A DNA stretch of 64,000 bases from Mobula hypostoma (taxonomy: Eukaryota). Of the stretch, positions 1 to 64,000 are shown one piece after another. Location: NCBI RefSeq assembly GCF_963921235.1, contig NC_086112.1:15066001-15130000 (forward strand), in the 5' to 3' direction. Position 1 is the stretch's first letter, and each line of letters begins with the position of its first letter. The notes under the pieces are model-generated. The model ran no database searches and had not been told where the DNA came from. It saw nothing but the letters and a program-made list of their open reading frames with translations. The position numbers were made by a program, and so were the translations under genes.

Positions 1-760
1 AGGCTTGACTATTTTCTAAATGGAGAGAAGATATAAATTGAGGTGCAAAGGGGCTTGGGAGTCTTTGTGCAGGATTCCCTAAAGGGTAATTTTCTGTTTG
101 AGTCTGTGGTGAGGAAGGCAAATGGGATGTTAGTATTCATTTCAAGAGGACTAGAACATAAAACCAAGGATGTAATGTTGAGACTCGATAAAACACAAGT
201 GAGGCCTCACAGAGTGCTGTGAGAAGTTTTGAGCCCCTTATTTTGGAAAGGATGTGCTGAAACTGATTTAAAGGAGGTTCACGAAAATGATTCCAGGATT
301 AAATGACTTGTCCTATGAGCAGTGTTTGATGGCTCTGGGCCTGTATGCACTAGAACTCAGAAGAATAAGGGGTGACCTAATTGAAACCTATCGAATGGCG
401 AAAGGTTTTGGTATAGCGGATGTGGAGAGGATGTTTCCTATGTTGGGAGTGTCTAATACCAGAGGACACAGCCTCAGAATAAAGGGGTATCCTTTTAGAA
501 CGGAGATGAAGAGGAATTTGTTTAGCCAGAGAGTGGTGAATCTGCGGATTTCATTGCAACAGGCAGCTGTGGAGGCCAAATCTTTATGTATATTTAGGGA
601 AGAGGTTGATAGATTCTTGATTGGTCAGGACATGAAGGGGTACCGAGAGAAGGCAGGAGATTGGGTCCGGGAGGGAAAACGGATCAGCCATGATGAAATG
701 GCAGAGAAAACACGATGGGGCAAATAGCCTAATTCTACTCCTATATCTTATGGTGTTATG
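1..760 (+). mobile_element. CR1-type LINE 3' fragment (ORF2 C-terminus and 3' UTR)
   Basis: ORF 287..727 contains RRIRGDLIETY...TRGH...FSQRVVNL; tail ...cctatatcttatgg. Confidence 0.9.
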
Positions 761-1285
761 GTCTTCGGCACATATATTTAGCTAGGCTGCCTAAGGATTC
801 TGCACAGTATTGTAGTAATTTTATGTATTGCACTGTATTGCTGCAAAAAAAACCTAATTTCATGATATGTGAGTGATGATAAACCTGATATGGGTCTCTA
901 TTGTTGTGGACTGAGAGTGGGCAGGGGTCAGGGACAGGGATATCACGGTTGGGAAAAGGGGAAGGGAGAGGGGAGGGAGTGGGAAGCACCAGAGAGACAT
1001 TTTGTAATGATCAATAAACCAATTGTTTGGAATCAAATGATCTTGCCTGATGTCTCAGGGCTGGATGTGTCTGCACCCATGTCACCCCCTCCCCTGACAT
1101 GCCTTCTCTACCACCTGTCCCACACCCCTCCCATGACGCTCCACCCTTGCATTTCCCAACATCCTTTGCTCCACCCAGATTTACAAACTCGTTCACCGCT
1201 CCACTTTGACAAATACAGTACTGTGCAAAAATTCTTCGACACCCTAGCTATACACATATGTGCCTAAGACTTTTGCACAGTACGG
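761..1285 (+). mobile_element. Composite Tc1-type non-autonomous element with mini-MITE ends, copy 1 (left end clipped by the CR1)
   Basis: Right end CAGTACTGTGCAAAA...TTTTGCACAGTAC; core shared with copies at 9725, 11192, 13785 and 18250. Confidence 0.8.
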
Positions 1286-1837
1286 ATTACAAAAATCCTC
1301 TATGATTAATAATGCTGCTCTTCTTCTCAATAAATGCCTTTATTCAGTGTGCCATGCATTAACTTCACTGACAGCAGTTGCCAAGGCTGCTTTTGCAGCA
1401 AGTTGCAAACCCAAGAATTCTACCCACAAGGACAGCAGGTGCATGTGAAAAGCATGCCTGCAAGTTCTCCACCAAGCAACACACAATTCTGAACCGGTAA
1501 CAGATTCAAAAACTCTCTATTGAAGAACGCTGTGGAAGAACTTGCATGATTTATATCACGGCAATTCAAGCAGGTGATTTGTAACTGTACCAGACTGATT
1601 GCGAGAATACAGCAAGTTTTCATGCAGCCAATCGATCGTGCGGTGAATTGACTGGGCCTCCTCTGCACAGAGGGCACTATCTTTTGGACGCAGTCTTTCG
1701 AGTTCACATGCTTTTTGTCTCAGTGGATCCGATGCGTCACTCCCACACCGTAAGATGCTCAGTGTGTACCATTACTGACATGGCTCGGTAAAATCATTTA
1801 ATTCTGCTACTCTGTTGTCCTCCTTGCTCTGTCATAT

Positions 1838-2140
1838 AGAACGTAGAACCGTACCGCACAGGAACTGGCCCTTCAGCTCTGCCGAACCCGCTGATAAGTG
1901 AATCAAAAACACACCAAAACTAATCCGTCCTAACTGCTCAATGTCCATATCCCTCCAAGTTCCTCACATTCATGTGACCATCTAAATGTCTCTTAAAAGA
2001 CTCAAATGTATTTGCCTCTAGTGCCATACCAGGCAGCACATTCCAGGCATCCACCCTCTCTGAGTAAAAAACTTTCCCCTCACATCCCCCATTAAACCTA
2101 CCCCCTGTCACCTTCAATGCAAGCCCTCTGGTATGTGACA
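1838..2140 (-). mobile_element. CR1 3' fragment
   Basis: Degenerate ORF2 C-terminus (ERVDAWNVLPG...FKRHLD) plus tail. Confidence 0.7.
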
Positions 2141-2429
2141 ATGACCACCTTCTCAAGGACAGTTACAGAAGGTCAATAAATATCACGAGTGATAATCACA
2201 TCCAAAAGTGGATTAATAAAGATAGGCAAATGTGAATTCTGCGATGATAATTAAATAAACAGCAAAAAAAAAGTTTAAGCAAATGAAATGATTTTCTAGT
2301 GTTATCATGTGGGAAACAAAAGCAGCAGTGATAAATGATGCCAAATTGTTGAACTTAGAGTTGAGTCTGGAACTGTGTAAACTCACTCGAAGGAAGTAAA
2401 TGTAACAAGATATAGCTCTTCAGTGTGAG

Positions 2430-2635
2430 ACCATAGGACGTAGGAGCAGAATTAGGCCTTTTGATGCATCAAGTCTGCTCTGCCTTGTTACCTCAACCCC
2501 ATGCTCCTGTCGTCTCCCTGTAACCCTAGACACCTTTACCAATCACGAACCTACCAATCTCTGCATTAAGTGACTTGGTTTCCACAGCTATCTGTGGCAA
2601 TGAATTCCACAGATTCATCACTATCTAGCTAAGGA
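2430..2635 (-). mobile_element. CR1 3' tail fragment
   Basis: Reverse complement of the CR1 3' UTR seen at 530-760. Confidence 0.7.
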
Positions 2636-2761
2636 ACGCCCAGTCAGGTAGAAACTACTGATTAAAAAATGTTTGGCCTTTGGTCAATCCACCTTCTTTC
2701 AATTTCTCCTAACATTTGATGTATATATTATGTCTCTATAATCCGACATTCCTATTACTTA

Positions 2762-3065
2762 TGTGTGGCCAAGTGGTTAAGGCATTCGACTAGTGATCTG
2801 AAGGTCGAGAATTCGAGCCCCAGCCGAGGCAGCATGTTGTGTCCTTGAGCAAGGCACTTAATCACACATTGCTCTGCGATGACACTGGTGCCAAGCTGTA
2901 TGGGTGCTAATGCCCTTCCCTTGGACAACATCGGTGTCGTGGAGAGGGGAGACTTGCAGCATGGGCAACTGTCAGTCTTCCATACAACCTTGCCCAGGCC
3001 TGTGCCCTGGAGAGTGAAGACTTTCCAGGCGCAGATCCATGGTCTCGCAAGACTAACGGGTGCCT
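2762..3065 (+). mobile_element. tRNA-headed SINE with CORE-like central motif and RTE-like tail
   Basis: A box TGGCCAAGTGG, B-box-like GAATTCGAGCC, GTGTCCTTGAGCAAGGCACTTAA; near-identical inverted copy at 31245-31548. Confidence 0.8.
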
Positions 3066-3396
3066 TTATTACTGAGATCATTGAAGACTGAAATTAAGTA
3101 TTATTTTTGGTAAAATAAAGAGATAAAGATTAACTTTAGAACTTTAATTATCACATGTGCAATGAAACATTGAAACATATAGTGAAATGCATCTTTGGAA
3201 TGTGGGAGGAAAGTGGAAACCCATGTGGTCACGGGGAGAATATAGAAACCCCTTACAGGCAGCACCAGGAATCCAACTTCAATTGGCGATTACTGACACT
3301 ATAAAGCAATTGCGTTAACCGCTTAAGCTACTATGCCGCCGACAATAATTGTTTAATACTTCATAAGAGAAATGAAAGGAAAACATATTTACTGAC

Positions 3397-56719
<53,323 letters not shown>

Positions 56720-56938
56720 TGCTGTGTTGATACCGTACGACAGAGGGGCTTGGAGAAACAGAACGCCGTAGGGTGGTGGCTAGAACTGCGGGGACTTCAG
56801 GCTGGTCCTGTAGTAGGTGCGAAGACGGTAAGCTGCGTTTTCAATGGGCTGGATGCTGTCAGGCGAAATGAAAGCGGTACCTCCGAGCATGAATAGAAAA
56901 CAGTGTCTACGCACCAAATGTTACGCAGGGCATCGTCC

Positions 56939-56946
56939 TGACGTCA
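56939..56946. promoter_or_regulatory. Perfect cAMP response element (TGACGTCA) in the PCSK1 proximal promoter
   Basis: Palindrome about 220 bp upstream of the ATG; related half-sites TTACGCA (56921) and TGACGCA (57038). The mammalian PCSK1 promoter is known to be CRE-driven. Confidence 0.8.
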
Positions 56947-57554
56947 AATCGCTGTACCTTCCACAGCAATATCGATCAAATGTTCGCAAGGGGGAACTGC
57001 TAAAAGCGGTCGGAGGAATTCATTTTAGCAAGTGTCGTGACGCATCGCCAACGGGAACTGTCCACTGCTGAAATTAGAGCCCGGTAGCCTCACATCCCGG
57101 CAGGGTACGGTTAGCAGACCGACATCACCCATAAAACACCAGCTCGGTTACTGTAAGAAATGTAGTTCCCAACAAATTTCGGGAAGATATGCCTTTGAGG
57201 AGTAAGTACACTGCAAATAAAATACTGTAAAAAAAATCATGTCAAGAGAAAGAGCGCTTCCGGAAAACGATGCCACAATTGTTTTTTCTGGTTCTGGTTC
57301 AGCGTTTACAGCTCTTCGCCTGCCTAGAATGGCCAGACAAGGGATCGACATCGAACGATCTTCGGGCCTCGCTATAAACTGGATATCGTTACCCACCAGA
57401 TAATTGGAATGAACACAGACACCACACTGCATTGTGTTTTACTAAAAACGGGGTGGTGGGGAGTGGGGGGAGAGAGTTCGAATGATGAACAGCCAGGGTG
57501 ATTTAAGCGTCCGGCTCAGTTGTATGGTTGCACAGATTAAGAGATGTAACAGTG

Positions 57555-57750
57555 AACGCGGAGACGCGGGATAACAGACGCTGGAGTCTGGAGCAACAAA
57601 CGCTCTGTTTGGAGGAGGAACTCGGGGTCGAGCAGCCTGATGCAAGGGACTCGTCCCCGAAACGTCGACAGTTCCTCCCGCCGCCCGCTGCTGCTGGAGC
57701 CGCTGAGTTCCTCCAGCAGTCTGCTAGTTGTTTTGGTGAATCCAGCCGAG
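57555..57750. mobile_element. Inverted double-ended Penelope-derived element upstream of PCSK1
   Basis: CTGATGCAAGGGACTCGTCCCCGAAACGTCGAC; arms GGAGGAACTC / GAGTTCCTCC. Confidence 0.65.
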
Positions 57751-58819
57751 ACAATCACAGGCAGTTTCGCGAATTAAACCCTCCGTGGCCTTTATTTGCG
57801 CGAAAAAGAAACTTGCAGTCAATTGGCACTAAACAAACCGTACGATAGTCTTCAAAAGTTTATTTCCGAGGTTGTAACTTAGACAAGACACCAATGTGAT
57901 ACCCATTTCTGTTGCACCGTTCCTTCATATTGATAAACCCGCATCTGCCATCGTAAAGTTTAAACCGGGTTTTATTTTAATTATACAAACGTTTGTAAGT
58001 TTAAGATATATCCACCCGGCTCATACTTAAAATGTATCTTTGCGACATTTAGAAAGTTAAATGCTAATAAACCATATGTAACCACACTTCTAACAAAAAT
58101 ATATAATGTGATTTTGTTAACAAGTTTAAAAATTAGCTATGACGGAATGGCGGAGCAGACTCGATTGGCCAAGTGTCCTAATTCTGATTCTATGTTTTAG
58201 AGTTTTATGATCTTATGATCTGATCTAAAATATTGTTCTGATTTAAAGTACTTTTAGCATTTTCCCTTTAAAAAAAACCGTTTCCCAGCAGATTTTATTT
58301 CCATTGTCATTGTTTTCTTCGGAAATGTATTATAGATTTCCACTTGAGCCTCAATAAAGTTTAATCCAAACGAATCACATGTCCAATTGACTTATACAAA
58401 ACCCAGATCATTGTTTAATCAAATAGCTGAGGGAGATTTACTTTACTACAGAACTACTCTTTTTAATCTAACATTTGATCCCACAAAGCCAAGCAGGCAA
58501 TTCCTTCCTAACCTGATACAGTATCACTTTGTTCCATAACTTGTAATGTATAACTTGAAACAGAAACGAAACCTCTTGGAAACACTCAGCACATCAGGCA
58601 GTATCTGCAGAAAGACAATCTGTCAGATTCAAGACTCTTCCTTAAATTTGCGGTACATTTTTCCCCACAGGTATTTTAAGGATATCTTCTAACTTTTAGG
58701 TTCCATGAGATTTTTCAATTTGATTAATGTATCTTAATTCCTCTAAAGAGTAAAATTCAGTTTTTTAACTTATCTTGGAAACTAATATAATAATAATCAT
58801 AATTATGTGCCGTGCTGTG

Positions 58820-59507
58820 GTGGTGGTGGCATCCGTTAGTCTTGTGAGACCATGGATCTGCACCTAGAAAGTTCCAGGGCGCAGGCCTGGGCAAGGTTGT
58901 ATGGAAGACCAGCAGTTGCCCATGCTGCAAGTCTCTCCTCTCCATGCCACCGATGCTGTCCAAGGGAAGGGCAAGGGCCGATACAGCTTGGCATCAGTGT
59001 CATCGCAGGAGTTGCCAGAACGAGATTGAAGGCAACGTCGGACCGCCTTAGGGACTCCAGCTCCAGATTTGACCTCAGGGTTGACTCCCGAAGCCTTTCC
59101 CATGAGTGGGTGTGGCCGCAAGGCAGCAGAGGTTGGAAATCAGAGTTTTCCCTCTCTTAGATGGACTGCCTTCCCAGGCTGACGAGCTCCATCAACCCAA
59201 ACTGCCGTGTTGTATGACACAGGTCATCATGCTCTTATCCGTGATCATGATTGTTCTTGGCAAATTTTACAGAAATGGTTTGCCATTGCCTTCTTTTGGG
59301 TAGTGTCTTCTTTTGGGTGACTCCAACCATTATCAATCCTGTTTAGAGATTGTCTACTTGGCCACCTATTCCTGTGGCTTCATGTGACCCTGATCAGTGG
59401 GAAGGGGGGAGGTGCTACACATTGCCCAAGGTGACCTGTAGGCTAGCGGAGGGAATGAGTGCCTTACACTTACTTTGGTGGAGACGAATCTCCACCCTGC
59501 CACCCCA
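58820..59507 (-). mobile_element. Two adjacent non-autonomous RTE-related elements
   Basis: 58820-59190 shares its 3' ~180 bp with the tRNA SINE (2762/31245); 59190-59507 matches the 33055 family. Confidence 0.65.
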
Positions 59508-59631
59508 TAAATGTATAATACAATAAACAATGGTTTAAACAGGACAGTAACCTAGTGGTTCTTTTTTGCACACTTTCCAAACTTCAAGTTCATGCACCAT
59601 GCCAGGAGACCAGAGATGGGGTCTTCTGAAT

Positions 59632-61545
59632 GAGAATCAGAATCAGGTTTATTATCACCAATTTCTGACGTGAAATTTGTTAACTTAGCAGCAGCAGTTC
59701 AATGCAATACATAATCTAGCAGCGAGAGAAAAAAATAATAAATAAACAAGTAAATCAATTACATGTATTGAATAGATTTTTAAAAATGTGCCAAAACAGA
59801 AACACTGTAATACTAAAAAAAAGTGAGGTAGTGTCCAAAGCTTCAATGTCCATTTAGGAATCAGATGGCAGAGGGGAAGAAGCTGTTCCTGAATCGCTGA
59901 GTGTGTGCCTTCAGGCTTCTGTACCTCCAACCTGATGGTAATAGTGAGAAAAGGGCATGCCCTGGGTGCTGGATGTCCTTAATAATGGACGCTGCCTTTC
60001 TGAGACACTGCTCCCTAAAGATGTCCTGGGTACTTTGTAGGCTAGTGCCCAAGATGGAGCTGACTAGATTTACAACCATCTGCAGCTTTTTTCAGTCCTG
60101 TGCAGTAGGCCCTCCATACCAGACAGTGATGCAGCCTGTCAGAATGCTCTCCACCGTACAACTATAGAGGTTTTTGAGTGTATTTGTTGACATGGCAAAT
60201 CTCTTCAAACTCCCAATGAAGTATAACTGCTGTCTTGCCTTCTTTATGATTACATCAATATGTTGGGACCAGGTTAGATCCTCAGAGATCTTGACATCAG
60301 GAACTTGAAACTGCTCACTCTCTCCACTTCTGATCCCTCTATGAGGACTGGTTTGTGTTCCTTTGTCTTACCCTTCCTGAAGTCCACAATCAGCTCTTTC
60401 ATCTTACTGACATTGAGTGCCAGGTTGTTGCTGTGGCACCATTTCACAAGTTGGCATATCTCACTCCTGTACGCCCTCTCGTCACCACCTGATATTCTAC
60501 CAACAATGGTTGTATCATCAGCAAATTTGTAGATGGTATTTGAGCTATGCCTAGCCCCAGAGTCGTGTTTATACAGAGAGTAGAGCAGTGGGCTAAGCAC
60601 ACCCCCCTGGGGTACGCCAGTGTTAATTGTCAGCGAGGAGGATACGTTATCGCCAATCTGCACAGACTGTGGTTTTCCAGTTAGGAAGTTGAGGATCCAA
60701 TTGCAGAGGGAGGAACAGAGGCCCAGGTTCTGTAACTTCTCAATCAAGATTGTGGAAATGATGGTATTAAATGCTGAGCTACAGTCGATGAACGGCATCC
60801 TGACGTAGGTGTTTATCTAGGTGGTCTAAAGCTGTGTGGAAAGCCATTGAGATTGTGTCTGCCGTTGACCTATTGTGGTGATAGGCAATTGCAGTGGTCC
60901 AGGTCCTTGCTGAGGCAGGAGTTCAGTCTAGTCATAATCAACCTTTTAAAGCATTTCATCACTGTCGATGTGAGTGCTACCAGGCGATAGTCATTAAGGC
61001 AACCCACATTATTCTTCTTAGGCACTGGTACAATTGTTGCCTTTTGAAGCAAGTAGGAACTTCTGCCCGTAGCAGTAAGATGTTGAAAATGTCCTTGAAT
61101 ACTCCTGCGAGTTGGTTGGCACAGATTTTCAGAGCTTTACCAGGTACTCCATTGGGACCTTCCACCTTACGAGGGTTCACTCTCTTTAAAGACAGCCTAA
61201 CACCGGCCTCTGCGACAGAGATCACAGGGTCATCAGGTGCAGCAGGGATCTTCACAGCTGTAGCTGTGTTCTCCCTGTCAAAGTGTGGATAGAAGGCGTT
61301 GAGTTCATCTGGTAGTGAAGCTTTGCTGCCATTCATACTATTGGGTTTCACTGTGTAGGAAGTAATGTCTTGCAGACCCTGCCAAAGTTGCCATGCATCT
61401 GATATCGCCTCCAACCTTGTTCAAAATTGCCTCTTCGCCCTTGAAATAGCCCTCCGCAAATCATACCTGGCTTTCTGGTACAGGCCTGGGTTGCCAGACT
61501 TGAACGCCACAGATCTAGCTTTCAGTAGATGATGTACCTCCTGAT
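59632..61545 (-). mobile_element. Rex-Babar-like LINE, ~1.9 kb ORF2 remnant
   Basis: [11 protein letters not shown]...[16 protein letters not shown]...KFADDTT; ORFs 59861, 60274, 60870, 60977. Confidence 0.9.
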
Positions 61546-61660
61546 TCTCCCTTCCTTTCCAGTCCTGATGACAGGTCTCAGCCTGAAATGTTGACTCTTT
61601 ATCCCCCATAGATGCTGCCTGATCTGCTGAGTTTGTCCAGTATTTTCTGTGCGTTACTGT
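61545..61660 (+). mobile_element. Penelope terminus with hammerhead motif
   Basis: CAGTC-CTGATGA-CAGGTCTCAGCCT-GAAATGTT-GACTC at 61560-61597. Confidence 0.75.
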
Positions 61661-61929
61661 TGATGAGAGACAGATCTACAATGAACAACACAGCAGTGCT
61701 TGCTTTATCTATTATTTATTCATCATTTCCATTTTATTTTGGCATTATAAATACAGTTGTTATTTTTTAGAAAAAATGCCTAGGCTGCAATATGTTTTGT
61801 AGGAGCAAATGGAATGATTACTCGGAGATGATGTTTGAAGAACAGGCAGTGAGAAGTGACTTGATAGAGGTGTATGAGATAATAATAGGCATGGATTGAG
61901 TGGACATCCAGTGACTGTTTCCTAATACT

Positions 61930-62565
61930 AGTATGTTTGCTGCCCTTTGGAAGCAGCTGGGATCCTCAGACCACAATCTACTGAGGCCGACCATGTCTTT
62001 GAACACTCCAGCCAATTGGTTGCCATAGATTTTCAGTACGTGGACTGGTATACTATCAGTGTCTGATGCCTTGCGAGAGTTTACCCCCTTGAAGGACGTT
62101 CTGACATCAGCCTCAGAGACAAAGATGACAGGGTGGCTAGATGCCATGGGGATTTGCACGTGTAGTGCAAAAAAATCATTGAGCTCATCAGGGAGTGAAA
62201 CTTCACTGCCATTTATGCTGTTACGTTTCACCTTGTAGGAAGTAATGACATCCAAATCCTGCCACAGGTGTTGGGCATGGATCACGTCTCTAACTTCATG
62301 CAGAATTGCCTTATCACTCTCAAGATGGCCGTTCTTAGATTGTGTTTGGACTTACAGGGTTCTAGATTGATGCTCTTGAATGCCACAGATCTAGCCCTCA
62401 GCAATCTGCAAATCTTCCGGTTCATCCAGGGCTTCTGGTTTGGATGAACTTGGCATGTTCTTGAAGGCACACCCTACTCCAGGTAGGTCTTGATGAAATC
62501 TGTAACGACCATTCAAATCTGAAGATAAATCCCTGACGATGGTCCAGCCCACTCATTCAAATCAG
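61930..62565 (-). mobile_element. Older Rex-Babar-like LINE fragment
   Basis: PNQKPWMN...RARSVAFKS; SLPDELNDFFA. Confidence 0.8.
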
Positions 62566-64000
62566 CGTCTTGATTGCCCATGCAATGGATAAAACAATCT
62601 TTATTTGATGGAAAGATAATGTTCCCAGCTTTACCATTTGTTATTTTAAATGCTTCTGAATGTTCTTCGCTATTGCAATATTCACGAGATATTAAAAGTC
62701 AATGAACAATGACTATTATATTTTTTAAAAATCTAAAATGATAGAAAACAATAATAAGACATTTAAAATACTTAAAAGCCATAGAACAAGCATAGAGAAG
62801 GAAATCTAAAAATACTTTTTAAAAATCCTTATCCATCTTCCTTGGAGCTGAAAATCTTCATCCAAATGCATAACTGCAGGAGTCCAGGGGAATTCAGCAG
62901 GCTCATGTTTTGTTGCAGAAGTCCGTGCAAAATCCAGCCCTCAAAGCACATCTGTAAGTTCACAACCCTCACACTTGTGGATGAAGATCAGAATATTAGA
63001 TTGGAGTAAAGCCGATTTTGAAACATTTAAAATGTAGTTCACCAGACGACAGCGAAGAATATGTTCTGCTAGAAGGAAAGAGCAGACCAAAGTTTCATAA
63101 GATTTCATGCATAATGAAATAAAGACAGAAAAGAATAGTCGAGGATAAGGAAGAGGCATACATTAAGCATTAAATAAGCTATTAAAACCTAAAGAGGATA
63201 AAACTGCTGGTCTATATGTATTATTTCCATTCATTTTAAGAGATTCTAAAGAAGATGTACCTGACGGAGTATTATATATGATCAATAATTCATTAGAACA
63301 AGGTGTACTGTCAGAAAACTGGCTGACAGCTCATGTAATACCTACATTTAAGAAGGGCAATAAAAGATGTTCAAGGACCCATCAGTGGCAGGAAATACAA
63401 TGGAATCCATGTTAAAGGAAAGTATGAAAGGCTGGAAGTGAAAAATAAAAAAAAGTAATCCATCATCAATCCACAAGATCCACAGGACATCCTGGTGTGA
63501 ATGTACACCATTATTACAATGTAATGCATTCAACATTTCAGATCTCCTAACTAAACATAGCTTCCGCTCATTGATAGATGAGGCTCCATAGGACAAATCA
63601 TCAAAGACCATTAAGTATGGACAATAACCAGTAGCTTAGCTAATCTGGTCTACATCCCAATAATGGGTAATAAATACAAATCAAGAGTTAGTGTATATGT
63701 GTAGTATTGGTTTATCCCTCTGGTCCAGATGAATTGAATTTTCAGCATAGTAAACTTGCCTTATAATAACTCCTGTCAGAATGTTAGGAAACCTTTAGTC
63801 TCTTAATTTATGAGTTGTCAAATCCTCACATTGCCCGCTGGCAATTTTGTACTTGGAAAATAAATTTATGCCCAATAGTTCTTAAATTATAATAAAAGAT
63901 TAAAGTTTAGCTTTATTTGTCACATGAACATCAAAACATCGAGCCAGACAGCAAAACGCTTCATTCGCATCAATGACCAGCACATTCCAAGGATACGTTG

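Noticed and set aside
2762-2835. tRNA gene (also 31470-31548 and 29590-29650)
   Set aside because: The A/B boxes run straight into SINE bodies; no complete cloverleaf or terminator is seen.
1-3396. PCSK1 exon 11 (P domain, LEHVQ...RRGDL)
   Set aside because: No matching sequence was found by eye; it presumably lies left of the window.
59861-61414. RT / DUF1891-like ORFs as a cellular gene
   Set aside because: These are frameshifted multi-copy Rex-Babar LINE remnants.
63100-63430. Possible coding exon (GVLSENWLTAHVIPTFKKGNK)
   Set aside because: It matches the W..A.V.P.FKKG motif of CR1-type RT, so it is an old LINE remnant.

Overview
Vertebrate genomic DNA, very repeat-rich. The repeat set (HE1/V-SINE-like SINEs, CR1, Rex-Babar, RTE, Penelope, Tc1) suggests a cartilaginous fish, probably a ray; this is an inference. 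The only host gene is PCSK1 (prohormone convertase PC1/3) on the minus strand. Exons 1-10 run from the ATG at 56719 to 3397 (1442 nt of CDS). All junctions are GT-AG, exon sizes match human except exon 3 (+12 nt), and the catalytic D/H/S and oxyanion N are intact. Exons 11-14 lie off the left edge. The promoter has a perfect CRE inside a CpG-rich region. Almost all other ORFs in the track come from transposons or are spurious. Most notable observations: (1) about 15 Penelope-derived insertions carrying minimal type I hammerhead ribozyme motifs, many sense to the PCSK1 pre-mRNA and several as inverted double-ended units with ~13 bp TSDs; (2) a composite non-autonomous transposon whose ends are self-complementary Tc1 mini-MITEs, a design seen in two unrelated Tc1 families; (3) an ERV-L/ERV-S-like (class III) LTR-PBS(tRNA-Ser)-gag relic nested in a CR1 in intron 1.
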